NCBI GenBank assembly: GCA_000146045.2
Contig: BK006948.2
Span: 928,001 to 992,000 of the forward strand
Source of the DNA: TPA_inf: Saccharomyces
Lineage: Eukaryota
Reading direction: 5' to 3'
DNA: 64,000 nt
How positions within the stretch are numbered: position 1 is the stretch's first letter; each line of letters opens with the position of its first letter. Shown here piece after piece: positions 18,233 through 29,989 of the stretch. A program made the position numbers and the translations under genes. The notes below the pieces were generated by a model. That model worked only from the letters and a program-made list of their open reading frames with translations, did no database searches and was not told the origin of the DNA.

Positions 18233-21109
18233 TTAAATGGAAAGCTTCTCCTTGAACAAACTTTCCAAATCATCAACTGCATCCTTTATAGCGGCTGGTT
18301 TATCACCCATACCTTGGAAAACATTACCTTTACCACCAGCCTTACCGCCGATGATACTGGACACCTTTTTGGCAAGCGCAGAACCATCAATACCCTTGGC
18401 TAAAGCAGCATTGGAGATGTAACAACCGTGAGCAACACGACCTTCAGGGTCATTACCTGCCAATAAATAGATTGACTTGTCTTTGACAGAATCATTGGAT
18501 TTCATGTAGTTGATCGCTTCAGTGATAGCTTTAGCATTTGGAGAAATATCAATGAATTTAACTAGGTATGGAGCATTCTCATTGGTTTCGAAAAATGTCT
18601 TCACTTCATCAAGAGTTTGTTTGTTTTCTTTTTTGGCCCTTGACTTAACTTCATCCTTCACTGCTTTTTCAATTTTGTTAAATTTCTGCTTCAGTTCATT
18701 TTTTGTGATAACAGAAATTGAAAGTTGACCAAGTTTGACACCAAGTTCCTTCAACTTCTTTTCTTTGATTGGAGAGAACGGCAGCTTGTCTGCAGCATCC
18801 AAATCAGCAGCAAACTGTTCAGCCAATCTTTGAGCTTCAAAGGCTTCAGTTCCAGTAACAGCAACAATTCTTCTGATACCCTTTGCAATACCGCTCTCTT
18901 CTAAAATGACGAAGTATTTAATATCGCCTGTCTTGTTGACATGGGTACCACCGCAAAATTCAATAGAATACTTGGTCCACTCTTCGTTAGCTGGGTTGGC
19001 CAACAATTCTTCGATTGGCTTACCAACAGAAACTACACGAACTGGATCTGGGTAAGTCTCACCAAAGACAGCACGAACACCATCAATGGATTTGGCCAAG
19101 TCCAATGGAATTTCCTTGTAAAACACTTGTAAGTTTTCTTTAATTTGCTCATTACAGATATCTTCAACTTTTTTCAATTCTTCATTTGACACAGCCTTTT
19201 TATGAGAGAAATCGAATCTCAATTTTTCTGGGGCAACCAAAGAACCCTTTTGATCGACATCATTACCCAAAGTTTCCTTCAGAGCAAAGTTTAAGATATG
19301 TGTACCAGTATGATTGTTCTTAATAGGGAAACGACGTAGTTCATCGAATGAAGCGATAATCTTGTCACCGACAGACAACTTACCTTCTTCTAAAGACCCG
19401 GTGTGGAAAACAAAACCGTTATACAATTGAACATTTTCAACATTAAACTCAGCAGCGTCATCAATAACAATTTTACCAGTGTCATATTCTTGACCACCTT
19501 GTTCGGCGTAGAAACATGTTTTATCCAAAATAATACCGTACTTCTTACCTGGTTCAGTGATCTCATCAACAAAGTTGGTACCGTCATGCAGTTTCAAAAT
19601 GGTACCTTCGACGTTGGCGCTGCCGTATTTGAATTCATCATTAGTCTTGGGCACCTTAGCATCGTTCAACTCGGATAATTCATGGACGTTTAACTTAATC
19701 AAATCACTTTGGTCCTTCTTACCACCTCTTTTGGATGCTTCGTATGACTCTTGTTTGGCCTTTTCGAAACCGGGTCCATCAATCTTCAAGCCTTGTTCTT
19801 CAGCCATCAATTCAGTCAAGTCGACTGGGAAACCATAAGTGTCGTAAAGTCTCCAAACTTGTTTACCGTCTAAAGTCTTAGATTCAGTCTTAGAAGCAGC
19901 AGAAGCATATTTTTCAAATAGTCTTTCACCACGATCCAAGGTCTTAGCGAAAGAAGCTTCTTCTTCATCCAAGATTTCAAAGAGGAATGCAGGATCCTTG
20001 GCTAATTCGGGAAAGATATCTTGAACCTGAGAAATTAAAGTTGGAGCCAAAGTGGAGAAAAAGTTACCGATTGGGTAATTCATGTATTTACGGGCGTAAC
20101 GGGCACCTCTTCTTAGAATGCGTCTCAAAACATATCCTCTACCTTCATTGTTTGGAACGCCACCGTCAGCTAAGGCAAAAGTCAATGTACGGACATGATC
20201 AGCTAAAACTCTGTAGGCAGTATCGATACCGTCCTTGTCATTCTCACCAAAATTGCCAGAATATGGTCTAACTGAAGTGATTTCTTGGATACGCTCGAAC
20301 AAAGGTGTGAAAACATCGGTATCATAGTTAGATCTAACATCTTGCAGAACAGAAACCAATCTTTCGAACCCCATACCTGTGTCGATATGCTTGGCAGGTA
20401 AAGGCTTCAAAGACCCGTCTTGTTCTCTGTTGAATTGAATGAAAACCAAATTCCAAACTTCCAAGACATCAGGGTCGTCCATATTAACCAAGGAAGCAGC
20501 ATTTCTACCACCTATTCTATCGTAGTGAATTTCAGAACAAGGACCACATGGGCCTTGGTCACCCATTTCCCAAAAGTTGTCCTTTGCATTACCAGGTAAT
20601 ATATGGTCATCGGGAACACCAACATTTTTCCATAGTTCACGGGCTTCAGTATCAGGTTCCAAGCCTAACTTTTCATCACCTTCAAAATAGGTAACGTATA
20701 ATCTATCCTTTGGAATGCCGTATACTTCAGTCAACAAAGTCCATGAGTAAGTAATAGCTTCCTTCTTGAAATAGTCGCCAAACGACCAGTTACCCAGCAT
20801 TTCAAAAAAGGTATGATGATAAGAATCCTTACCGACATCTTCTAAATCGTTGTGTTTACCACCAGCTCTGATACACTTTTGAGAGTTGTAAGCCCTTTTC
20901 AAGGTGTAGAAATCGGAAGCTGGATCGACAGTACCTAAAAAGATAGGCTTGTATTGGTTCATACCGGCATTAGCGAAAAGTAAAGTTGGATCATCAAATG
21001 GAACTACTGGAGAGGATTTGACAAACTTGTGTTCTTTAGATTTGAAATAGTCTAGAAAGGTATTACGGACATTAGTAGCGGTCCATTTTTGCTTATCACC
21101 GATCGTCAT
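18233..21109 (-). CDS. ALA1: Alanyl-tRNA synthetase, cytoplasmic form of 958 aa, from the ATG at 21107-21109. The ORF-track start at 21157 is a TTG codon.
   Basis: It has the class II AlaRS core, the editing domain, and the C-terminal DHHA1-like region ([13 protein letters not shown]). The sequence from MTIGDKQKW onward is the known AUG-initiated form. An in-frame upstream extension back to ACG-ACG at 21179-21184 is present. Confidence 0.9.
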   Translation of the reverse strand: MTIGDKQKWTATNVRNTFLDYFKSKEHKFVKSSPVVPFDDPTLLFANAGMNQYKPIFLGTVDPASDFYTLKRAYNSQKCIRAGGKHNDLEDVGKDSYHHTFFEMLGNWSFGDYFKKEAITYSWTLLTEVYGIPKDRLYVTYFEGDEKLGLEPDTEARELWKNVGVPDDHILPGNAKDNFWEMGDQGPCGPCSEIHYDRIGGRNAASLVNMDDPDVLEVWNLVFIQFNREQDGSLKPLPAKHIDTGMGFERLVSVLQDVRSNYDTDVFTPLFERIQEITSVRPYSGNFGENDKDGIDTAYRVLADHVRTLTFALADGGVPNNEGRGYVLRRILRRGARYARKYMNYPIGNFFSTLAPTLISQVQDIFPELAKDPAFLFEILDEEEASFAKTLDRGERLFEKYASAASKTESKTLDGKQVWRLYDTYGFPVDLTELMAEEQGLKIDGPGFEKAKQESYEASKRGGKKDQSDLIKLNVHELSELNDAKVPKTNDEFKYGSANVEGTILKLHDGTNFVDEITEPGKKYGIILDKTCFYAEQGGQEYDTGKIVIDDAAEFNVENVQLYNGFVFHTGSLEEGKLSVGDKIIASFDELRRFPIKNNHTGTHILNFALKETLGNDVDQKGSLVAPEKLRFDFSHKKAVSNEELKKVEDICNEQIKENLQVFYKEIPLDLAKSIDGVRAVFGETYPDPVRVVSVGKPIEELLANPANEEWTKYSIEFCGGTHVNKTGDIKYFVILEESGIAKGIRRIVAVTGTEAFEAQRLAEQFAADLDAADKLPFSPIKEKKLKELGVKLGQLSISVITKNELKQKFNKIEKAVKDEVKSRAKKENKQTLDEVKTFFETNENAPYLVKFIDISPNAKAITEAINYMKSNDSVKDKSIYLLAGNDPEGRVAHGCYISNAALAKGIDGSALAKKVSSIIGGKAGGKGNVFQGMGDKPAAIKDAVDDLESLFKEKLSI

Positions 21110-21772
21110 TATGGTTCTAGTTGATGTAGTTAATTGCTTCTTGAAAGAAAGAGTCAAGTTCCTTAATCCGGTAGTTGACGTCGTCTTGTCTTAAATAAGA
21201 AGATGTTGGAAGCACGCCTTTTTTGTAATTCTATTTAAAAAAAACCGACTTTGTTCAATCAAACTGCTTTCATATCTGATAGCAGTCGCCAACTGCGTTT
21301 TTCTTGTTTTACTCATCATCCATCGAGCGGATGAAAAAAAAGAGAAAAAAGAAACGGCCAATCCGTTGATCATGATTAAATAAAATATAGGGTTCTGAAT
21401 TGTTAGGTTTAATCTGCAAATTATTCAGGTCATCGTTGACTTTTTTGCAGGGCACTAAAAACCGCTAACATAGGACGGTATATTGCTGATTTTAGACTTA
21501 ACTTCTTGGTGTAGTCGTCTCTGAACATGGCATGATACAGCTTTGGTGGGTCACTAGAACAATTTGAATCTTGCTCAGCACGCTCTGTCTTACGTATATA
21601 TCCAATTTCAGTTGATTCGAAAGACATGAAAGATTATTAATGTGTGCATTACCCGGATTGTCAATAACTCATATAGTTAGTATACTAATTAACTAACTAT
21701 ATAACGTGGCATATTAAAGATTAATTGTCCTGGTAGAATATAGACGTATCAGTGTGAGTGCCTCTGTTGATT

Positions 21773-24700
21773 ATGAGACTACTTGCGTTGGTATTGTTAT
21801 TGTTGTGTGCGCCGCTTCGTGCATGGACTTATAGCTTACGATATGGCATACCCGAATCTGCTCAGGTCTGGTCTATTTTAGTTCATTTACTGGGCGATGT
21901 TGATAATCAGCTGTTAACTAATTTATATCCTTTGGTTACCGGTTTGGATGACGAGATTGATATTCAAGAAAATCTTGTGGCGCTAACTTCCAATGTATTA
22001 AGGGAGCGATACGATAAAGAGGATGTGGCTGATTTATTGGAACTGTATGCTAGTCTTTACCCTATGGGTATGATACAGCACGATATCAGTTCCAATGCAG
22101 AACAAGACGATGCAAATAGTAGCTATTTCGTTTTGAATGGTAATAGGTACGAAAAGCCCGACGACGTGTTCTACTTGAAATCTAAGGATTTAACAATTCA
22201 ACAGAAAGTCCCAGATGTTGATGTTATACAACCTTACGATGTTGTCATTGGTACTAACTCAGAAGCGCCGATATTGATCTTGTACGGTTGTCCTACCGTT
22301 ATTGACTCCGACTTCGAAGAATTCAATAGGAATTTATTTATGGAAGCAATGAATGGAGAGGGAAAATTTAGATTTATTTGGAGATCCACATGTTCCCTTG
22401 ATGGGAAAAGCGTGGAGTATCCCTTAACTCATCCGCTTGAAATTACTTTACAAAATGGTTCTAGAATGAGCTCCATACCTCAATTAAAAAAAATACTATA
22501 TACTGTACCCAAAGAAATATTGGTTGGAGCAGACAACGATGATCAGCTCCATGATCTAGAACCAGAAGAATTACGTGAACTTGATTTGAGAGTAACATCG
22601 TTAATCTCAGAATTTTACCAATATAAAAAGGATATCACAGCCACTCTAAATTTCACCAAAAGTATTGTTAACAACTTTCCACTAATCTCTAAACAACTGA
22701 TTAAGGTTTCATCTGTTAACAAGGATATAATAACAAGTAATGAAGAACTCAATAGTAAAGGCTTCGATTACAACATGCTAGGTCTCTATATTAATGGACA
22801 GAATTGGAAAATTACCTCACTGACTCCGTACAATTTGCTTACTGCTTTAAAAACTGAATACCAAAGTTTACTGAAAATTACGAACCTTTTGCAAGAACTC
22901 GAGCCATCGAAATGCATACTAGATTCCAAGTTTTTACTCAATAAGTTTTCTCAATTTTCATTGGGGAAGTTGCAAAACTTACAACCAATCAAAATGGATC
23001 TCCACACAATTCCAGGGTTCTCAGAATCAGTAATATACTTCAATGATATCGAAAGCGACCCGCAATATGACGAATTAGTAAATAGTGTTCAAGCATTTTT
23101 TGATAAATCGAAATTCGGAGAGTTGCCTGAAATAAAGCAAAACTGGTCAGAGATCATATTCGTTATAGATTTCGCCCGTTTAGAAGATAGTGAGGTGAAG
23201 GAGGCATTGGGTGGGTTGGTTCGTGCCGTTAATGTTGTCTCCCAGGGATATCCGCAAAGAGTCGGACTATTGCCATTTAGTTCAGATAGTGACAAGTCCG
23301 TTGTTAATAAAATTTACGAGCTGAAGAACTCAACTGACAATTTAACAGAATTAAAAAGTTTTTTGGAGACAATGCTGCTTGCAGATGGCCTTTCCGCGAA
23401 TGCAAAACATTCAAAACACATACCAGTTCCAGATGTTTTCCATCTACTTGATGAACTTCAAATTGACGAAACATCAATTATAATCAATGGAGAGATTTAC
23501 CCATTTAGAAAAAATGCTTGGAATTATTTAATTGCAAAAGTTATCAAAAAGGACACTGAATTTATTCGTAAAGAATTGAGCAATTCTTCTCCGAAAAACA
23601 AACAAATTAGCGTAAGGGACTTATTGCATTACAAATCTGCAAATCTGAGACATAATAAATATACACCAAATTATTTTGCTGATTCGGTATATTCTTCGGT
23701 CAACAATACTGCATTGGAAAGCGTATGCTCAGAAAGAATAGGCTACTATACTAAAAATGAAGAATACAATTTATTACACACAATCACATTAGTGGATGAT
23801 TTTGGCTCTATTCATGCTTTGAAAAGATTGAGAAACTTGTTGCATACTTCCTTTGTTGGTGTTAGGATCAGAATCATTCACGTAGGTGATATTTCTGATA
23901 TTTGGTATCAATTGCGTGGAAGTCTTTCCCAAAAAGATCCAATAGGCTCAATAAATACATTTATTGATGCTTTGAAACTTAAAAAGGTAAAAAGTCACAC
24001 GTACAAAAAAAGCGGCTTAAACCAGTTAGGCCTTCATAAATGGCTTCCTGACATTCCATTATTTGAATTGCAAAAGGGTTCATTTATTGCTTTGAACGGT
24101 AGATTTATTCATCTTGATCAAAATGAAGTGCCAGAAACAGAACATTTCGAAGCAATCATAAAGAGAGAAGCTCTAAGAACGATCGATTCAGTTTTCGCCC
24201 TAGATTTACTTTTTCCAGGTTTCTCACAGGAAATAATCAATCCTGATTTGATAGAAATGATCTCCTCCATTTTAACTAGGTTGTTTTACCAAGGTACACA
24301 TATATACAATAATGGTATTGATTATACCACTGAAAGTAGCTTACCAAGAATGGATTTGAGCGAGTTTTTTAGACCTAATAATTTAACGATGTTTGAAGAT
24401 GGAAAATCAGCTTCTATTGATTTACTACTAATTTTAGATCCACTTGAAGAGAGAACGCAAATGATTCTTTCTCTTGTTGAGCAATTCAGGCCTTTGAAAT
24501 TTGTTAATATTCAGGTAATTTTAATGCCGACACTGGAATTAAACATTGTCCCTATTAGAAGAATATACGTTGATGACGCAGATATTGTCAAATCAATAAC
24601 TTCTGAGGATAGCAGATCAGATCCAGAAGTAGATATTGAAATGGATGTTCCTAATTCTTTCATTGTAGATAATAATTATCGGATAAAAAAATTGCTCATA

Positions 24701-25870
24701 GAATTACATTCCTTCTCTAGCAAAACAGTCCTTTCAACTGGCAATATTGATGGTATGGGGGGTGTATGCCTAGCACTTGTCGATTCTGCAGGGAACATTA
24801 TTGACAAAACTACAACAATGAAAACCTTTGGCTATGGACAATTTCATACCGACAAATTTTTAAAGGGTTGCTATATAAAAAGTTGTGATTCAAGATATAC
24901 CGTTCAGTCATTTTCTACTGACGGGCATCCCGACTTTATACCATCAGATTCCTTGGATATACTGTCGTACAATCCACAAAAAATCGCTGTAAAAATTTCA
25001 GAAGAGCCTACACACGAGGAAGAATACGAGGAAGGTCGCAACAATGATACAATAATCAATATTTTTACTATTTTAGAGTCCGGGCCAGATGAGGAAGAGA
25101 GGTACATGCAAATGATTTTATCCATTTTGTCAAAGTGTCCCGAAACGCAAAAGGTGAATTTTTTCATTTTAGATCAGCCGTTTATCTCCGACACTTTAAG
25201 GAAATCATGTGAGTATATAAATTCCTCTGATGAAATGAGAGGCAATGTCATTTTTTTGAATTATGAATGGCCTCAATGGTTAAGACCGCAAAGATTTTCT
25301 TCAAGGAGAAGGGATGTCTCTAGATTTCTGTTCTTGGATGTCCTTTTACCTCAAAACATCTCCAAAGTGTTATATATGAGTCCAACTGAAGTACCGCTGG
25401 ATCCTTTTGACATTTTTCAATTTCAAGGCCTCAAACGTGCACCTCTAGGACTATTCCGAATGAGTGGTGATGGTTATTGGAAAGAAGGATACTGGGAAAA
25501 AATGTTAAGGGAGAATAATTTAGAATTTTATTCTACCGAACCGGCCTTTTTAGTAAACTTAGAGAGGTTTCGGGAGTTAGATGCTGGTGATAAATACAGG
25601 ATTCACTATCAACGTATTTCTACAGACGCCATGTCTCTTGTCAATATCGGCCAAGATCTAGTTAACAACCTACAACTCGAGGTTCCGATTAGGTTTCTCA
25701 AGGGATCGTATAAGAAGAAATTAGTTATTAATGATGAATGTGTTTCTGAATGGAAGAAAAAAATAAATAAGTTCGCATCCTCTCCTGGCGATGAAGACGT
25801 ACCTGGAGAAAGTGTTAGCAGCAAATACCAAGATTCCGACAATGCCGCTCCTCTGCATGACGAATTATAA
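21773..25870 (+). CDS. KRE5: UDP-glucose:glycoprotein glucosyltransferase-like ER protein required for beta-1,6-glucan synthesis, 1365 aa. The ORF-track start at 21758 is a GTG; the real ATG is at 21773.
   Basis: It has an N-terminal signal peptide (MRLLALVLLLLCAPLRAW) and a C-terminal HDEL ER-retention signal. A C-terminal GT8-like glucosyltransferase domain is present. Confidence 0.9.
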   Translation: MRLLALVLLLLCAPLRAWTYSLRYGIPESAQVWSILVHLLGDVDNQLLTNLYPLVTGLDDEIDIQENLVALTSNVLRERYDKEDVADLLELYASLYPMGMIQHDISSNAEQDDANSSYFVLNGNRYEKPDDVFYLKSKDLTIQQKVPDVDVIQPYDVVIGTNSEAPILILYGCPTVIDSDFEEFNRNLFMEAMNGEGKFRFIWRSTCSLDGKSVEYPLTHPLEITLQNGSRMSSIPQLKKILYTVPKEILVGADNDDQLHDLEPEELRELDLRVTSLISEFYQYKKDITATLNFTKSIVNNFPLISKQLIKVSSVNKDIITSNEELNSKGFDYNMLGLYINGQNWKITSLTPYNLLTALKTEYQSLLKITNLLQELEPSKCILDSKFLLNKFSQFSLGKLQNLQPIKMDLHTIPGFSESVIYFNDIESDPQYDELVNSVQAFFDKSKFGELPEIKQNWSEIIFVIDFARLEDSEVKEALGGLVRAVNVVSQGYPQRVGLLPFSSDSDKSVVNKIYELKNSTDNLTELKSFLETMLLADGLSANAKHSKHIPVPDVFHLLDELQIDETSIIINGEIYPFRKNAWNYLIAKVIKKDTEFIRKELSNSSPKNKQISVRDLLHYKSANLRHNKYTPNYFADSVYSSVNNTALESVCSERIGYYTKNEEYNLLHTITLVDDFGSIHALKRLRNLLHTSFVGVRIRIIHVGDISDIWYQLRGSLSQKDPIGSINTFIDALKLKKVKSHTYKKSGLNQLGLHKWLPDIPLFELQKGSFIALNGRFIHLDQNEVPETEHFEAIIKREALRTIDSVFALDLLFPGFSQEIINPDLIEMISSILTRLFYQGTHIYNNGIDYTTESSLPRMDLSEFFRPNNLTMFEDGKSASIDLLLILDPLEERTQMILSLVEQFRPLKFVNIQVILMPTLELNIVPIRRIYVDDADIVKSITSEDSRSDPEVDIEMDVPNSFIVDNNYRIKKLLIELHSFSSKTVLSTGNIDGMGGVCLALVDSAGNIIDKTTTMKTFGYGQFHTDKFLKGCYIKSCDSRYTVQSFSTDGHPDFIPSDSLDILSYNPQKIAVKISEEPTHEEEYEEGRNNDTIINIFTILESGPDEEERYMQMILSILSKCPETQKVNFFILDQPFISDTLRKSCEYINSSDEMRGNVIFLNYEWPQWLRPQRFSSRRRDVSRFLFLDVLLPQNISKVLYMSPTEVPLDPFDIFQFQGLKRAPLGLFRMSGDGYWKEGYWEKMLRENNLEFYSTEPAFLVNLERFRELDAGDKYRIHYQRISTDAMSLVNIGQDLVNNLQLEVPIRFLKGSYKKKLVINDECVSEWKKKINKFASSPGDEDVPGESVSSKYQDSDNAAPLHDEL

Positions 25871-26133
25871 CTACTCGCAGGAAGAGTTCATTACGCGACG
25901 GTTCCAAGAGCGTGAAAGAATTGCTTCTGCGCATAAGTCTTCTTCCATAATAGATTTTTATATCATTTTTAGAACATAAAATTTCTCGCCAAGAGTTTTT
26001 TAAGTAAAAGCAGATTATCCAGTAACATGGGTTCCGCTTTTTGAGCGAATACTATGAACGAGTTTTGCCCGTGCTCCCCATGACTCATTAGATTCTTTGA
26101 TGACAAAAGATCACTGGCAGAAGTCTGTTTCGC

Positions 26134-26167
26134 TTCTTTTCTTTTTTTTTTTTTTTTTTTTTTTTTT
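26134..26167 (+). repeat. Poly-pyrimidine / poly(dT) tract of about 30 T in the KRE5-TEA1 intergenic region.
   Basis: A homopolymer run is seen directly in the sequence. Confidence 0.8.
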
Positions 26168-26343
26168 CGAGCAGATTGCAATCAGCGATGAGACAAAAAT
26201 GGAAAGTAGGTATGGGCTGACGATTGCCTAAACGGTTATCAATTGGTTACTATAAACGCCTCTATTATATGAATATACCTATTTATTGAATCCCTTCATT
26301 AATATTTAAGAAGACAGAGGCTATATATCATCTGGATCAAAAA

Positions 26344-28623
26344 ATGACAGCGCCATTGTGGCCAAACAAGAATGAAAAAAACCACACAGTTAAAAGAGCG
26401 TTATCAACGGATATGACCAGCAATATTTTGAGTAGCACAAACGCGAGCTCAAACGAAGAAAATTCTAGGAGTTCTTCTGCAGCCAATGTACGCTCCGGAA
26501 CAGGTGCAAATACACTTACTAATGGCGGCAGTACTAGAAAGAGACTTGCGTGCACTAATTGTAGAAATAGAAGGAAAAAATGTGATTTAGGATTTCCCTG
26601 TGGTAACTGTTCCAGGTTGGAATTGGTTTGTAATGTTAATGACGAGGACTTAAGAAAGAAGCGGTACACTAATAAATATGTCAAGTCTTTGGAGAGCCAT
26701 ATTGCTCAACTGGAGACCAACTTAAAAAACCTAGTTCAGAAGATCTACCCTGACGATGAGCAAATACTGAACCGAATGATGGTAGGTGATGTATTATCAG
26801 CTCTACCAGACAGTTCACAAGTCTCAATCAATTATACTGACCAAACTCCCTCTCTTCCAATTCCCGCAACCAGAGGTACATTCATTATTGAAAACGATAA
26901 GGTCAGTCAACCTCTATCGTCCTTTAACCAACAAACAGAGCCATCTACTCTAAACTCGGGTATCTTCAACACCCAAAAACAAAATTTCGAAGAATCCCTT
27001 GATGATCAGTTACTTTTACGAAGATCGTTAACACCGCAAGGTGAAAAAAAGAAGAAACCGTTGGTAAAAGGTAGTCTTTATCCTGAAGGACCTGTCAGTT
27101 ACAAACGGAAGCACCCCGTAAAATCGGACAGTTTATTGCCTGTGTCTTCGTTAACAGCTGCTACAGACCCATCTACTTTTTCTGACGGTATAACTGCTGG
27201 TAATTCCGTCCTAGTTAATGGTGAACTGAAAAAACGTATATCCGACTTGAAGACCACCGTAATAGTAAGAGGACTAAACGATGATAATCCCAACTCTATC
27301 AATAACGATCCCAGGATTTTAAAATCTCTTTCCAATTTCTATAAGTGGCTGTATCCAGGTTATTTTATTTTTGTTCACAGAGAAAGTTTTCTTTATGGAT
27401 TCTTCAATCACTCCAAGAATAACTATGAAGACTCAAGTTACTGTTCTGTCGAATTGATATATGCCATGTGCGCTGTCGGTTCGAGGCTTACACCGGATCT
27501 ACAAGAATATTCAGAAGTGTATTATCAACGAAGTAAGAAGACTTTATTACAGCTCGTCTTTGATGAGCAAAGTACAGCCCGTATCACCACCGTCCAAGCG
27601 CTATTTTGCTTAGCCTTTTACGAACTGGGGAAGGGTAATAATCAATTAGGGTGGTACTTCTCGGGCCTGGCTATCAGGGTCGGCTACGACATGGGATTTC
27701 AACTGGACCCTAAAGTCTGGTACGTTGATGATAACAATCTGCAGCTGACCCAAAGTGAGTTGGAAATAAGATCAAGGATTTACTGGGGTTGCTATATAGC
27801 GGATCATTTTATTTGCCTGATGTTGGGTAGAACGTCCACATTAAGCGTTAGTAACTCAACCATGCCAGAGTCGGATGAGCTGCCAGAAGTCAACGGCACC
27901 GAAGAGTTCAGATTTATTGGAAGACATGTTTTACAGATATCCTTGCCTCTGAAAAACTTGATAATTCTATCAAGGCTTGTACAAATCTTCACCTCTAAAA
28001 TTTTCATCGAGTCGGAAGATATAGCACGAAAACTAAAGTACTTGAACACTTTCAATTCTCAGGTTTACAACTGGAGACAATCTCTACCGGAATTTTTGCA
28101 ATGGTCGAAAACACTCATCGAGAACGATGACGTATCCACAGACCCCACTATATCTTACTTCTGGTATTGCTACTACATAGTGCGGCTCACCTTTAACAAG
28201 CCATTTATAGAAGACTCTCAAGAATCCGAAACGGTAGTCATAGAGATCATCGATGATTTGAAGACTTTGCTGGACAATTTCGGGAAAAAATTCGGAAACT
28301 ACACGAAGGGAAACCTTTACCAACTTTACTCATGCCTGTTGGCCATCAACTGTTTGAAGAAGTTGAAAGAGATACGTTCCAGTGAGCAAGACTCATGGAA
28401 TGCACAATTGGATTTTTTCAATCACATCTTCTACACACAACTATATCCCGCATATGATCTGCCGAAAAAGCTGCAGGAGGATACGGAGCTGGAAACAGAA
28501 CAAGAAAACCAGATGTTGAACCAAGTTGGAAATATAAACTACACGCACGATTTTTCACTCTCCCACGAAATTGACGATCTTATCAGAGAACTGTTTGGGG
28601 TGGGCACACCTCAAAAACTCTGA
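26344..28623 (+). CDS. TEA1: Zn2Cys6 binuclear-cluster transcription factor (Ty1 enhancer activator), 759 aa.
   Basis: It has an ATG start. The Zn(II)2Cys6 motif CTNCRNRRKKCDLGFPCGNCSRLELVC is near the N-terminus, and the fungal-specific transcription factor middle homology region lies downstream. Confidence 0.88.
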   Translation: MTAPLWPNKNEKNHTVKRALSTDMTSNILSSTNASSNEENSRSSSAANVRSGTGANTLTNGGSTRKRLACTNCRNRRKKCDLGFPCGNCSRLELVCNVNDEDLRKKRYTNKYVKSLESHIAQLETNLKNLVQKIYPDDEQILNRMMVGDVLSALPDSSQVSINYTDQTPSLPIPATRGTFIIENDKVSQPLSSFNQQTEPSTLNSGIFNTQKQNFEESLDDQLLLRRSLTPQGEKKKKPLVKGSLYPEGPVSYKRKHPVKSDSLLPVSSLTAATDPSTFSDGITAGNSVLVNGELKKRISDLKTTVIVRGLNDDNPNSINNDPRILKSLSNFYKWLYPGYFIFVHRESFLYGFFNHSKNNYEDSSYCSVELIYAMCAVGSRLTPDLQEYSEVYYQRSKKTLLQLVFDEQSTARITTVQALFCLAFYELGKGNNQLGWYFSGLAIRVGYDMGFQLDPKVWYVDDNNLQLTQSELEIRSRIYWGCYIADHFICLMLGRTSTLSVSNSTMPESDELPEVNGTEEFRFIGRHVLQISLPLKNLIILSRLVQIFTSKIFIESEDIARKLKYLNTFNSQVYNWRQSLPEFLQWSKTLIENDDVSTDPTISYFWYCYYIVRLTFNKPFIEDSQESETVVIEIIDDLKTLLDNFGKKFGNYTKGNLYQLYSCLLAINCLKKLKEIRSSEQDSWNAQLDFFNHIFYTQLYPAYDLPKKLQEDTELETEQENQMLNQVGNINYTHDFSLSHEIDDLIRELFGVGTPQKL

Positions 28624-28897
28624 CGATCTTTATATTTGTCACCTTTTCCGTATCGGCGGCTAAAAGGCGATGCGGTGCACAGGCGCGGGGTCCCTGGGAA
28701 AAAGAAATGTTCAAATTAACATTTCTTTTTCTTGTTTTGTGGCTCTTCTAGAAGGATTTTTAATCAGCATAGCCTGCGTTAAAATTTTTTACCGGATCTT
28801 ATATATCTAAGACATCTACTCTGTTTAAATACTTAACGAACATCATAGAGAATCAACTAATAATATAGATTAGAAAAGAGAATTTTTTTCGACTGCG

Positions 28898-29989
28898 ATG
28901 CTAGATAACATGCAATTTCATTCTCCAGCACCGGAACATCCTCAATTGAATGGGGGTATTAACAAAATTCCCGCTTCCCACAAAATAGGTTACAAATTAA
29001 ACCAGCAAGTGCAGAGATTGGCTGTGGTCAGGAATAATATTGAAGAGAGATTGAACTCGATGGAATCCTCACACGGACAGATATCCGATAGTAGCGTTGT
29101 CCGTGCTATCGATGCAAGTATCGATGACTTCCTAATACCTTCACCTCCATTATCGCCAAAGCTGAGGCAATGCCCCATAATAAGCCAGCCTCAGCTGGTT
29201 AATGTGGAAAGCGACCATAGGGAGCTGATCATGTTGACCCCCGTTTGGGAAGCGGGCTTGAACTCTCAGAAGTACAACCATAATACAAGGAATTTCTTAT
29301 CGCAATATAGCTTCTTCCGAGATATGAAAACAACGAAAAGGATTCCTAACAAAGAAAATAGGAAATTGAAAGTGGTAAAATCTGTTGTGAACTCAGAAGC
29401 TCTGCCCAAGAGAAGAAGATACGATAGGAAAATTAAGAGAAGATCAAGGGAGTTGTACGAAGATGATGGAAACAGGTCAGAAAACTATGATGAAGAAAGT
29501 GCTCAAGAAGTTCCAGTTAGATCAGTGACTCCGATACGTCAAGTTAAAAGGTCTCTTCATACTATTTCTTCGCCATTGGCCTCACAGGGCGTAGTGAATA
29601 ATGTCCCCAAGTATATTCCAAGCATGTCGTGGGAAAAGTTGCCGGATTACTCACCTCCTCTTCACACTTTGCCGAATAGTAATAATAAAGTTTTAAAAGT
29701 GGAATGGAAAGGCTCTCCAATGGACTTGAATCATGATCCTCTCAAACAGCGTCTGCATCCTGCAGAACTAGTTCTCGCACAGATTCTGAGACTTCCATGT
29801 GATCTTTATTTGGACTCTAAAAGAAGATTTTTCTTGGAAAAAGTTCATAGATTCAAAAAGGGGTTGCCGTTCAGGAGAACGGATGCTCAAAAGGCTTGTA
29901 GAATAGACGTTAATAAAGCATCAAGGCTATTTGCAGCATTTGAAAAGGTAGGTTGGTTACAAGATAAACATTTTGAAAAGTATTTGTAA
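28898..29989 (+). CDS. YOR338W: Uncharacterised protein of 363 aa, the FUN19 paralog, with a SWIRM-like C-terminal region.
   Basis: It has an ATG start and encodes 363 aa. Its position between TEA1 and UBC11 matches YOR338W. I recognise no strong catalytic motifs. Confidence 0.75.
   Translation: MLDNMQFHSPAPEHPQLNGGINKIPASHKIGYKLNQQVQRLAVVRNNIEERLNSMESSHGQISDSSVVRAIDASIDDFLIPSPPLSPKLRQCPIISQPQLVNVESDHRELIMLTPVWEAGLNSQKYNHNTRNFLSQYSFFRDMKTTKRIPNKENRKLKVVKSVVNSEALPKRRRYDRKIKRRSRELYEDDGNRSENYDEESAQEVPVRSVTPIRQVKRSLHTISSPLASQGVVNNVPKYIPSMSWEKLPDYSPPLHTLPNSNNKVLKVEWKGSPMDLNHDPLKQRLHPAELVLAQILRLPCDLYLDSKRRFFLEKVHRFKKGLPFRRTDAQKACRIDVNKASRLFAAFEKVGWLQDKHFEKYL

Noticed and set aside
21110-21157. ORF-track N-terminal extensions: ALA1 from a TTG at 21157, KRE5 from a GTG at 21758, YOR342C from a TTG at 39658, PYK2 from a TTG at 58543.
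   Set aside because: The first codons are TTG or GTG, not ATG. The ORF caller appears to allow alternative start codons. The canonical ATG starts (21109, 21773, 39625, 58462) reproduce the known protein lengths (958, 1365, 319 and 506 aa). For ALA1 only, a real non-AUG event exists, but it uses ACG further upstream and not this TTG.
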